Part shown: positions 55,784 to 64,000 of the stretch, one piece after another
Layout of the letters: each line of letters opens with the position of its first letter
Numbering within the stretch: the stretch's first letter is position 1
Source: an uncultured Desulfarculus sp.
GTDB lineage: Bacteria; Desulfobacterota; Desulfarculia; Desulfarculales; Desulfarculaceae
NCBI GenBank assembly: GCA_963665125.2
Contig: CAXXUK010000001.1
Location: 3,168,001-3,232,000 of the forward strand
Length of the DNA stretch: 64,000 nt
Direction of reading: 5' to 3'
Translations under genes and position numbers: made by a program
The notes under the pieces: generated by a model
Database searches by the model: none
What the model was told of the DNA's origin: nothing
The model's input: the letters and a program-made list of their open reading frames with translations, nothing else

Positions 55784-57658
55784 ATGAGCCAAGCCAGAGA
55801 TAAAAGCAGACCTGTCCAGACCCACTATGAGCGATGCCAATACACCATGAGGCCGGATTACACCAAGCCCGTCCTGGATATACCCGATAAAAGCAGCAGC
55901 GAAATCCTCAGGCATTTGGAATTCCTCTATGGCGCGGAGGTGGCGGCCAAGTGGCTTCCCGAGTTCGAGCGCATAATCAAGGTGCATCACGCCCACAAGT
56001 CTCCGGCAAGGCTGGCCCGGGATTCGATGATGAGCGCAGAACGGTTGTTCAGCGAAAGAGACTTGGTGCTCATCACCTATGCGGACATGTTCCGGGACGG
56101 CTCCGAAAAGCCGCTCAAGACCCTGATGCGCATCTGCACCGGAATGATGGAAGCGCCCAACACATTACACATTCTACCTTTTTTCCCCTATAGTTCCGAC
56201 CGCGGTTTCGCGATCATCGATTACACCCAGGTCGACTGCAACCTGGGCGACTGGTCGGACATCCGCCAACTGGCGGGCAGCTTCAAGCTGATGTTTGACG
56301 GCGTGCTCAATCACGTGTCTTCGCGCAGCCAGGTTTTCCAGGACTATCTGGACGGTAGGCCCGACGCCGCCGAATATTTCATAGCCTATGAATCGCCCGA
56401 AGACCTCACGGCCGATCAGCGAAGCAAGATTTTCCGCCCTCGAACCAGCGACATTCTGTCGCGGTTTTACACGATCAACGGTCCCCGCTATTTGTGGACG
56501 ACTTTTTCCGACGACCAGATAGACCTCAACTACCGCAACCCCGAAGTGTTGTTGGCGGCCACCGAGGCCCTGCTGTTGTATGTGCGCATGGGGGCCGACC
56601 TACTGCGCCTGGATGCCGTGACCTTCATCTGGGCCGAACCGGGCACCGAATGCGTGCACCTGGATGAAACCCACGAAATCGTCAAATTGTTGCGCACGGT
56701 CATGGACATCGCCGCGCCGGGCACAGCCCTGATCACCGAAACCAACGTGCCCCACCAGGACAACATCTCATATTTCGGCAACGGTTTTAACGAAGCCCAT
56801 ATGGTCTACAATTTCGCCCTGCCTCCCCTTGTTCTCTACACCTTTTTCGCCCAGGACTCCGGGCCGCTGAGCCGCTGGGCCGCGGGCATGGAGCCGCCCA
56901 GCGACCAGACCCATTTCTTCAATATTCTCGACACCCACGACGGCATAGGCCTGCAGGGCGCCAAAGACATCCTGGACAAGAATCAGATTGATCTGATCGT
57001 CAGCAGCGCCAAACAGAACGGGGCCCTTGTGAGCTATAAGGCCGTCAAGGGCGGCGGCGAGGAGCCATACGAGATCAACTCCACCTGGTGGAGCGTGCTA
57101 TCGGACAAAGAGGCCAACCAGACCATGGAACATCAGGTCGAAAAGTACGTGGCCTCCCGCAGCATCTCCCTGGTGCTCAAGGGCGTGCCGGCCATATTCG
57201 TCCATGGCGCCCTGGCCACGGAAAACGACTGGGAGACATATAACCGTACCAAGCACCCCAGAGATCTCAACCGGGCCTACATCGAAGCCGACTACCTGGA
57301 AGAGCAATTCAAGACGCCAACCCTCAAGGCGCAACTGTTGTTGGAAAGGCTGCGACCCCTGCACGTAAACCGGATCGTGCACAAGGCCTTCCACCCCAAC
57401 GGCGGCCAGAAGGTCCTGCTGTTGCACCCCGGCGTTTTCATCGTGCTGCGCACCGCGCCCGATGGCGAGCGGCGCATCCTGGCCTTGACCAACATCAGTA
57501 ACGGTCACTGCACGGTGCACGCACCCAAGGCCGACCTGGAAGGAATCGACAAATGGCGCGATATCCTCGGCGAGAAGGAATTTTCGGCCGACGGCGGCAA
57601 GATGATCATCACCTTGGAGCCATACGAAGTGCTGTGGCTGGAGCCTGTTGACGACTAA
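55784..57658 (+). CDS. GH13_18 sugar phosphorylase (glucosylglycerate phosphorylase/YcjM-like)
   Basis: LITYAD, HILPFFPYSSDRGF, WTTFS.DQIDLN, RLDAV, ITETNVP, THDGIG, PYEIN. Confidence 0.88.
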   Translation: MSQARDKSRPVQTHYERCQYTMRPDYTKPVLDIPDKSSSEILRHLEFLYGAEVAAKWLPEFERIIKVHHAHKSPARLARDSMMSAERLFSERDLVLITYADMFRDGSEKPLKTLMRICTGMMEAPNTLHILPFFPYSSDRGFAIIDYTQVDCNLGDWSDIRQLAGSFKLMFDGVLNHVSSRSQVFQDYLDGRPDAAEYFIAYESPEDLTADQRSKIFRPRTSDILSRFYTINGPRYLWTTFSDDQIDLNYRNPEVLLAATEALLLYVRMGADLLRLDAVTFIWAEPGTECVHLDETHEIVKLLRTVMDIAAPGTALITETNVPHQDNISYFGNGFNEAHMVYNFALPPLVLYTFFAQDSGPLSRWAAGMEPPSDQTHFFNILDTHDGIGLQGAKDILDKNQIDLIVSSAKQNGALVSYKAVKGGGEEPYEINSTWWSVLSDKEANQTMEHQVEKYVASRSISLVLKGVPAIFVHGALATENDWETYNRTKHPRDLNRAYIEADYLEEQFKTPTLKAQLLLERLRPLHVNRIVHKAFHPNGGQKVLLLHPGVFIVLRTAPDGERRILALTNISNGHCTVHAPKADLEGIDKWRDILGEKEFSADGGKMIITLEPYEVLWLEPVDD

Positions 57659-57755
57659 TTCATCAATGCGATAGACAACAGTGATTTATATCGTTCGAGC
57701 CTATCTGCTAATATATACATAGTATCAACCATGTATTTTTCTAGGCATCGCACAT

Positions 57756-58955
57756 ATGAAAAAAGCCCTGGCTTTCGGCATTTCGTTTTGGCTTCTACTG
57801 GTAACCGTGTCAATTTATTGGAACTATTCCAGCATGTTGTCAAAACAGCAGGAACTTCTTCTGCAAGCAGCGCGTAGTTATTTCGCCCAAATTGTCCTGT
57901 CCAGGGCCTGGGTTGCATTCCACGGCGGGGTTTACGTTCCCGTTACCATGGAAACCAGGCCCAATGAGTATCTTGAAACGCCGATGCGGGAAATCGTCGT
58001 CAACGAAAATTTGACGCTGACCAAAATCAATCCGGCTTTCATGACCCGTCAAATTTCGGAAATGGCCCAAAAGCGCAACGGTGTCCAGTTTCATATCACC
58101 AGCCTCAAGCCAACCCGCCCGGGCAATATACCGGACATGATGGAAAAGCTGGCCTTGCAGGGCTTCGAAAAAGGCGAAACGGAAACCGCTTTCCTGTTCA
58201 ATGAAAGCGGTAAACGGTATTTCTTTTTCATGGCCCCGCTGGTTACCGAAAAGACCTGCCTGCAGTGTCACGCCAAGCAGAACTACAAGGTAGGCGACAT
58301 CAGGGGCGGCATCAGCGTTATTCTGCCGTATTCCCTGAATATGCCTATAGTCTCGCTGGTGACGGGTCATATCATCATCGCCTTGGTCGGCGTGGCCGGC
58401 ATGATCATCGGCGGCCGCAAGCTCAGCGGGGCTTATGCCCGGTTGAGGCATCAATCAATAACCGACACCCTGACTGAAATACCAAACAGGCGCAATTTTT
58501 CCGAGACCCTGCTCAAGGAGTTCAACCGGTGCAAACGGACTCAAAACCCCTTGTCGGTGATCATGTGCGACATTGACTATTTCAAGAGTTTCAACGATAC
58601 GTTCGGGCATGACAAAGGCGACGAATGCCTCAAGAGTGTTGCAAAGGCCGTGGATTCAGCCCTTAAGCGGCCCGGAGATTTCTGCGCTAGATACGGCGGA
58701 GAGGAATTTGTGGTCATCCTGCCGGAGACATCGGCCGAAGGGGCGTATCATGTTGCCGAAAATATCCGGATGGCTGTGGAGGACCTGCGAATCCCCAGCA
58801 AGGCCAACAGTTTCTTGCCCTATGTGACCATCAGCCTTGGCGTTACCACGTCGGATCTGGAATCTCCAATCGATCCGGAACTGTTGACCAAGTACGCCGA
58901 CGAGGCCCTCTACGCGGCAAAGGCCAACGGCCGCAACCGGGTCGAGGTTCACTGA
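57756..58955 (+). CDS. Diguanylate cyclase with periplasmic heme-c DUF3365 sensor domain
   Basis: W.A.HGGVYV, INPAFMTRQ, ITSLKP, CLQCH, GDIRGGIS, RPGD I-site, RYGGEEF. Confidence 0.93.
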   Translation: MKKALAFGISFWLLLVTVSIYWNYSSMLSKQQELLLQAARSYFAQIVLSRAWVAFHGGVYVPVTMETRPNEYLETPMREIVVNENLTLTKINPAFMTRQISEMAQKRNGVQFHITSLKPTRPGNIPDMMEKLALQGFEKGETETAFLFNESGKRYFFFMAPLVTEKTCLQCHAKQNYKVGDIRGGISVILPYSLNMPIVSLVTGHIIIALVGVAGMIIGGRKLSGAYARLRHQSITDTLTEIPNRRNFSETLLKEFNRCKRTQNPLSVIMCDIDYFKSFNDTFGHDKGDECLKSVAKAVDSALKRPGDFCARYGGEEFVVILPETSAEGAYHVAENIRMAVEDLRIPSKANSFLPYVTISLGVTTSDLESPIDPELLTKYADEALYAAKANGRNRVEVH

Positions 58956-58993
58956 GCCCGGCTGCAAGCAATTTCAATTATGCACCGATAATT

Positions 58994-59024
58994 AAGGAGT
59001 CGCCCATATGGGCGATTCTTTTTT
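58994..59024 (+). terminator. Intrinsic terminator
   Basis: aggagtcgccc-atat-gggcgattctt followed by tttt. Confidence 0.75.
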
Positions 59025-59077
59025 CCATCCGTCTTTTAACCTGTCCTCTGTACTCAACAGGTCGGAGGAGGGATAAA

Positions 59078-59530
59078 ATGACCAGGATCGGAATCATAAC
59101 CTGCGCCAACTGCGCCCAAGAGACCAACTGCTCCTCGGTTGTCTGCTTTGCCGACATGCGTAAGCGCAGGGGACACTTTGACAGATACCCCAAAGATGAA
59201 GAGTTGGCTTTCGTGGGCCTGGTGCATTGCACCGGCTGCCCCACGGCCGTGGCGCCCGGCAAGATTCTCAAAAGAATCCGCTCGCTTGTGGCCTACAAGC
59301 TGGACGTCCTGCACTTTTCGCACTGCATGACCGCGCTTTGCCCATTTATCAAAAAATACGAAAAGGAAATCAAAAACGCCTTCCCAGAACTGGAGATCGT
59401 CCACGGCACGCACCAGGCCGGCGACACGGAAAAATTCCGGCAGTGTATCAAGGAACTGCTTCAGCCCACCGTTTCGGTGCCCCAGGACATGAACGACGTG
59501 ATAAAGGGCACCATCACCCTGCCGGGCTAG
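59078..59530 (+). CDS. CGGC domain protein
   Basis: IGII.C, C....C, G.F..Y, CTGCP, HFSHC, CP, HGTH. Confidence 0.88.
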   Translation: MTRIGIITCANCAQETNCSSVVCFADMRKRRGHFDRYPKDEELAFVGLVHCTGCPTAVAPGKILKRIRSLVAYKLDVLHFSHCMTALCPFIKKYEKEIKNAFPELEIVHGTHQAGDTEKFRQCIKELLQPTVSVPQDMNDVIKGTITLPG

Positions 59531-59554
59531 GGCAGAAGCGATGTCCCCGGCGCC

Positions 59555-60097
59555 CTAAAACGGCGGCTCGGACCCAGGCGGCAGGGGCACGTCAAAGGCG
59601 AAGATCACCCCGGCGATCATCTGGTAAAACCCGCACAGGGCCACCAACTCGATAACGCCGTCCAGGCCGATTTCGTCGATAAGGTCGTCCTGTAGGCCCT
59701 GGGGTATGTTTTTTTGGGCCAGAACGCAGTCCACGATCTTGATTGTCAGCCGCAGGGCCGTGGACATCCTAGGCGCGGTTTCGCCCCGGCGCAGGGCCTC
59801 GATGGTCTCGGGCGGCAGACCCTGTTCCAGGGCCGGGCCGGTGTGCTTGACCCACTCGTAGCCCGCGCCCAGCTTTTGGGCCACCCGCAGGATGGCCGCC
59901 TCCCGCAGCAGGCCGGGCAACACCGAATTTCCGAAACGGAAAAACGTACCCAGGGCGCTTATATGTTCCAGCAGGTCCGGGTGATTGAGCAAGGTGCGGT
60001 ACATACCGTCGATGCGGCTGCGCGTGGCCACCAGCTCTTCATACAGCTCGGCGGCCTTGCCTTGCAGGTTGGCCGTGGGATCGGGCAGACGGGCCAT
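59555..60097 (-). CDS. Carboxymuconolactone decarboxylase/AhpD-like family protein
   Basis: LLNHP.L, LRE.AILRVA......YEW..H, ELV.L.GFY. Confidence 0.85.
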   Translation of the reverse strand: MARLPDPTANLQGKAAELYEELVATRSRIDGMYRTLLNHPDLLEHISALGTFFRFGNSVLPGLLREAAILRVAQKLGAGYEWVKHTGPALEQGLPPETIEALRRGETAPRMSTALRLTIKIVDCVLAQKNIPQGLQDDLIDEIGLDGVIELVALCGFYQMIAGVIFAFDVPLPPGSEPPF

Positions 60098-60122
60098 ATT
60101 TACCTCCTATCAGGAGCATCCC

Positions 60123-61856
60123 TCAGCAATCGTCGCGCCAGTTTTTCTTGGCCTCGGAATAAGGCGTCACCGGCGTGGTGTATTTCTTGTCGCAGCGCAC
60201 ATCCAACAGATAGGCGCAGTTGGCTTCAAGCGCGCGCTCAAATGCTCCGGCCAGGTCGCCGGGCCTTTCCACGGTCTCGGCCTTCAGGCCCAATGACCTG
60301 GCGAATCCGGCCCAGTCGTGGGTGGGCAGGGTCGTCAGCTCGCCCGGCACCGGCCCTTCGTCGTGGGCCCGCAGCCAGACATTGGCCAGGGCGCTGTTGT
60401 TGACCACCACATAAATCACGGCCAGGCCGTAGCGCGCCGCGGTCTGGATCTCCATGCCGTGCATGAGCATGCAGCCGTCGCCGGTGGCCACAATCACCGG
60501 CCGGTTCGGCCGGGCGGCCTTGGCTCCAACGGCCGCCGGTATGGCCCAGCCCATGGGGCCCACGTTGGTGGCCGACAGATAGCTGCGGGGCTCCAGGGCC
60601 GGCCAATAATGGCCCCAGAAAGCCCGGTGGGCCCCGGAGTCGATCATCATCACCGTATCGCGGGGCATGACCCCGGCCATTTCATGGACCACCCTGGCCG
60701 GATGAATGGGCGCGGCGTCTCTTTGCAGGTTTTGTTCGTCGTAATACGGCGAGCCCAAGGCCCGCAGCTCTTCCAGCCACTTGGCCCTTGCCGAGCGCCC
60801 GCTATCCAGGGCCGCAGCCCTGTGCCCGTCGGCGGCCAGCAGACAGCGCAGGACCTGGCCCGCGTCGCCGGGCAAGGCCATTTCGCCGGGATAGGCCCCT
60901 CCGATGACCGATGGGTCGATATCCACCCTGACCAGGGCCCGGTTGGGGACCATGCGCTGGTTCCAGAACATGGTGTCGCGCTGCAACAGGCCCGAGCCCA
61001 GCACGATGAGCACCTCGACCTCGACCGAGAGGATGGCCTCTATGGCCTGGCGGTGGCCCGCGTAGCCGAATACGCCCAGGGACAGGCGGTGGTCCTCGGG
61101 CAATACGCCCTTGGCCCGCAGGGTGGTGGCCACGGGAATCTCGAAGCGCTCGGCAACCTGGCGCAGCTCATCCCAGGCGGCGGATTTCTCCACCCCGGCC
61201 CCGGCCAGGATGACCACCTTTTGCGGCGGCGCGCCGGTGGACGGGGCCAGCAAGTCCCATACCCGCTGCATGGCGTCCTGGTCTACCACCCTGGCCCGGT
61301 GGGCCGAGGCGTCCTGGGGCTGCCAGCAGTGGGGTATTTCGCTTTTCTGGATGTCCGTGGGCAGGCTCAGGTGCACGGGGCCCTGGGGCCCGGCCAGCAT
61401 GCGGCGCAGACAGGCCCCCAGATGATGGCTGAGCAGGTGTGGGTTTTCCACGGCGTACGAGGCATTACACAAGGGCCGCAGGATGCTGATGTCGTCCAGG
61501 GCCGCCGGGCTGGAGTCCTGGAAGCCGCCCCGGCCTTCCCAACTCGTGGGCACCTGGCCGGAGATCAGGATCACCGGCGAGCCGTCGGTGCGGGCCGCCT
61601 CCACGGCAGTCACGGTGTTGGTGATGCCCGGACCGCCGATGACCAGGCAGGCCCCGAAGCGGCCGCTGGCCCTGGCGTAGCCGTCGGCCATGTACGCCGC
61701 GCCGCCCTCCTGGGCCGCCACGATGGGCCGCAGGCCGCTGATCCGGCCAAAGGCGGGCAAAAACGGGTCGACCAAACCGCCGGGCACCATGAAGACATGA
61801 TCCAGGCCCTCGTGTTTCAAGGCTTGCAGAACGAAATCAGTGGCCAACGCGGACAT
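60123..61856 (-). CDS. Thiamine pyrophosphate-dependent enzyme (acetolactate synthase-like)
   Basis: EGGAAYMADGYAR, GPG.TN, GPVHL..P.D, MGWAIP, GDGC..M.G.E...NN. Confidence 0.92.
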   Translation of the reverse strand: MSALATDFVLQALKHEGLDHVFMVPGGLVDPFLPAFGRISGLRPIVAAQEGGAAYMADGYARASGRFGACLVIGGPGITNTVTAVEAARTDGSPVILISGQVPTSWEGRGGFQDSSPAALDDISILRPLCNASYAVENPHLLSHHLGACLRRMLAGPQGPVHLSLPTDIQKSEIPHCWQPQDASAHRARVVDQDAMQRVWDLLAPSTGAPPQKVVILAGAGVEKSAAWDELRQVAERFEIPVATTLRAKGVLPEDHRLSLGVFGYAGHRQAIEAILSVEVEVLIVLGSGLLQRDTMFWNQRMVPNRALVRVDIDPSVIGGAYPGEMALPGDAGQVLRCLLAADGHRAAALDSGRSARAKWLEELRALGSPYYDEQNLQRDAAPIHPARVVHEMAGVMPRDTVMMIDSGAHRAFWGHYWPALEPRSYLSATNVGPMGWAIPAAVGAKAARPNRPVIVATGDGCMLMHGMEIQTAARYGLAVIYVVVNNSALANVWLRAHDEGPVPGELTTLPTHDWAGFARSLGLKAETVERPGDLAGAFERALEANCAYLLDVRCDKKYTTPVTPYSEAKKNWRDDC

Positions 61857-61921
61857 AACGCCTCCCGGTCATGGGCCTTGCGGCTGGTGTTAAAGTTATT
61901 TTAACTGAACAGAAAAACCCT

Positions 61922-62242
61922 TTACGGCATTAAGCCAAGTTGAATACCAATATGAGCGGCCAAAAGAATAATTAACGGGGATATCAACCAGAACACCCCG
62001 CCCAATACAGCCCCCAAAATGATTCGAACTATCAAGCTGTTAAACTTCAAGTAACGCATGCTGAAAAGCAGAATAACAACTGAAATCAAATAATTAGACC
62101 AGAACAACACCGCCAGCAGATTCCAGGCGTCCTTGCCGCCCCAGTAGCCCCCAAATACTGGCACGAGACACAACAGGAAATAGACGAAATACGCCGCGAT
62201 ATTGAATAGAACGATCTTTTTTGTCGTTATGGTCTTGCTCAT
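61922..62242 (-). CDS. Small AT-rich hypothetical membrane protein (about three TM helices)
   Basis: 106-aa hydrophobic ORF; ATG directly abuts the upstream TAA; visibly lower GC than neighbours. Confidence 0.6.
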   Translation of the reverse strand: MSKTITTKKIVLFNIAAYFVYFLLCLVPVFGGYWGGKDAWNLLAVLFWSNYLISVVILLFSMRYLKFNSLIVRIILGAVLGGVFWLISPLIILLAAHIGIQLGLMP

Positions 62243-62965
62243 TTAAAACAACCAGATATGGTCCAAATCATCTCCATGGCGGCCTAGGCTGTGGCGCTCG
62301 CGAACTATCTTGGCCGGAGACCCGGCAACCACCATGCCCGGCGGCACGTCCTTGTTGACCAGGGCCCCGGCTGCCACGATGGCCTCGGCCCCGATGGTCA
62401 CCCCCGGCATGATCACCGCTCCGGAGTAGATCTTGGCGTGGTCCTCGATGACCACCTTGTTGTAGGAGCGAACCATGTGCGAGTGCTCGTCATGGGCATG
62501 GGTGAATATACGTATGTCTTCGGTAAGGCAAACTGAATTGCCGATTTCCACACCGCCCTTGGAATCGATGAACACGCCCCGGTTGAAAAACACGTTTTCG
62601 CCCACCGAGATGTTTTGCCCGATGTTGAAGCGCACGTTTTCCTCGCAGACGAACGCCACGCCCCGGTCTTGGAAAAGCTGCCCGGCCAGCATCCGGCGGA
62701 AAGGAATGGAGAAAGGCACCAACAGGCTCAAGGGCAGCTTGTCAAAGGCGTCCCACAGGAAATGCAGATGGCGCTGCTTGGCAGTAAAGCCCGGCTCGCG
62801 GCCCCTGGGCAGGGTCTCGGAATACAAAACGCCGTTTTCCAGGTCCTCGGGCTGCAAGCCGCCGCCGCCGATGATGCTCCAGACCTCCACCGTGTCCTCG
62901 GCGTCCAACACGCCTTTCACCAGGGGCTTGATCTGCCGCAATCTTGCATTAAAGTACTCACTCAT
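62243..62965 (-). CDS. Hexapeptide-repeat (left-handed beta-helix) acyltransferase
   Basis: NISVGENVFFN, IFTH.H, IMPGVTIG..AIVAAGA.V.KDVP...VVAG.PA. Confidence 0.9.
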   Translation of the reverse strand: MSEYFNARLRQIKPLVKGVLDAEDTVEVWSIIGGGGLQPEDLENGVLYSETLPRGREPGFTAKQRHLHFLWDAFDKLPLSLLVPFSIPFRRMLAGQLFQDRGVAFVCEENVRFNIGQNISVGENVFFNRGVFIDSKGGVEIGNSVCLTEDIRIFTHAHDEHSHMVRSYNKVVIEDHAKIYSGAVIMPGVTIGAEAIVAAGALVNKDVPPGMVVAGSPAKIVRERHSLGRHGDDLDHIWLF

Positions 62966-62978
62966 ATACAGTCTCCGC

Positions 62979-63989
62979 TCAACGGTCCGCCAAATCAGCC
63001 CAGGCCGTCATGCCGCCCAGGCTGGAGGCCGCCAAAATGGCGTGGATGATGGCCCGGCTGGCGCAGTCGGCCGCGGCGTGGCCCAGTTCGGTAATGGCCT
63101 GGGCATAGGGCGCGGCAAAGAAGCCTTCGGTTTCGGGAAGGGGCTTTTTGCCGGTGCCCACGCAGAAGATCGTGTCGCCGTCAAACATGGTGTGGGCCGG
63201 GCGGATGGCCCTGGCAAAGCCGTCCTGGGCCATCTGGGCGATCTTCTTGGCTTGGGCCTTGGTCAGGGTGGCGTCGGTGGCCACTATGCCGATGGTGGTG
63301 TTGCGGGCCTCCTGGGGCGCGGGCATTTCCGGCAGCTTCACGGCCCTTTGGCCTTGCGCGCCGAATTCGCCGTCGATCTCCAGGCCGATCTCCCAGGGTC
63401 GGCCCGTGGCCGGGTTGATCACTGAACCCAGGGAGTTGACGGCGATGAGCGCCGCCACGGTGACGCCGCTATCCAGGACCAGGCTGGCCGTGCCCAGTCC
63501 GCCCTTGATGCCGCCGCTCATGGCTCCGGTTCCGGCCCCCTTGGTGCCCATGTCCACAGGCGCGTTGGTTGCGGCCCGGCAGGCCTTGATGCCCCACATG
63601 CGGCCAGTGGGCGGGATGAAATGGGGGCCCCGGCCCAGATCGTACAGGGCAGCGGCGGGCACTATAGGCGCCACCTGGCCCTGCTCCAGGGGGAAGCCCC
63701 AGGCCTGGTCGGACAGCCAGGCCACAACGCCGTCAACAGCCGCCAGGCCGTATACCGATCCGCCGCAGAGGGCCACGGCGTTGACCTTTTCCACCAGGTT
63801 GCAGGGGTCCAGCAGGTCGGTCTCCCGGGTGCCGGGGGCCGACCCCCGCACGTCCACGCCGCCCACCGCCCCGTCGGGGCAGACCACCACCGACAGGCCG
63901 CAGGCGTTTTGCAATTCCTGATAGTTGCCTACCAACAGGCCATCGACATCAGTCATTGAGTTGTTTTTGCCGGGCTGTGCCATCATCAT
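62979..63989 (-). CDS. P1/S58 family peptidase (DmpA-like)
   Basis: TDVDGL.VG, DVRGSAPGTRETDLL, GGS.YGL.A, GAGTGA, KGGLG.AS, NTTI.IVATDA, P.HT.FDGD. Confidence 0.92.
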   Translation of the reverse strand: MMMAQPGKNNSMTDVDGLLVGNYQELQNACGLSVVVCPDGAVGGVDVRGSAPGTRETDLLDPCNLVEKVNAVALCGGSVYGLAAVDGVVAWLSDQAWGFPLEQGQVAPIVPAAALYDLGRGPHFIPPTGRMWGIKACRAATNAPVDMGTKGAGTGAMSGGIKGGLGTASLVLDSGVTVAALIAVNSLGSVINPATGRPWEIGLEIDGEFGAQGQRAVKLPEMPAPQEARNTTIGIVATDATLTKAQAKKIAQMAQDGFARAIRPAHTMFDGDTIFCVGTGKKPLPETEGFFAAPYAQAITELGHAAADCASRAIIHAILAASSLGGMTAWADLADR

Positions 63990-64000
63990 ATCCTTACAGC

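Noticed and set aside
60318..61904. 528-aa plus-strand ORF
   Set aside because: Antisense shadow of the TPP-dependent enzyme
1..64000. CRISPR arrays, rRNA or tRNA genes, prophage, selenocysteine read-through
   Set aside because: By eye I found no regularly spaced repeats, cloverleafs, phage genes or redox motifs split by TGA; this was not a computational scan

Overview
GC-rich bacterial chromosomal segment. The gene content (hybrid PAS kinases, CGGC protein, heme-c DUF3365 sensor, standalone Cache protein) suggests an anaerobic Desulfobacterota-like organism; this is inference. About 47 protein genes are supportable. They cover central metabolism (tkt, zwf, pgl), RNA modification (rlmN, a TrmN6-like methyltransferase), two GH57 enzymes, a GH13_18 sugar phosphorylase, three hybrid histidine kinases, two diguanylate cyclases, two ECF sigma/anti-sigma modules and two TetR regulators with visible palindromic operators. 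I saw no rRNA, tRNA, CRISPR array or intact prophage. The most unusual items are: (1) a complete cobalamin riboswitch with promoter and terminator but no sense gene downstream; (2) an intact ORF for an apparently catalytically dead IS1595-type transposase, flanked by a 9-bp direct repeat and sharing a putative ECF promoter motif with the operon upstream; (3) tandem secreted metzincin-like paralogs with divergent N-halves plus a TPR partner; (4) a zinc-finger anti-sigma factor fused to a degenerate PstS-like domain; (5) an NCS2 permease coupled to a DUF6909-like protein with nucleoside-phosphorylase-like motifs. All family calls come from motif recognition by eye, with no database searches.
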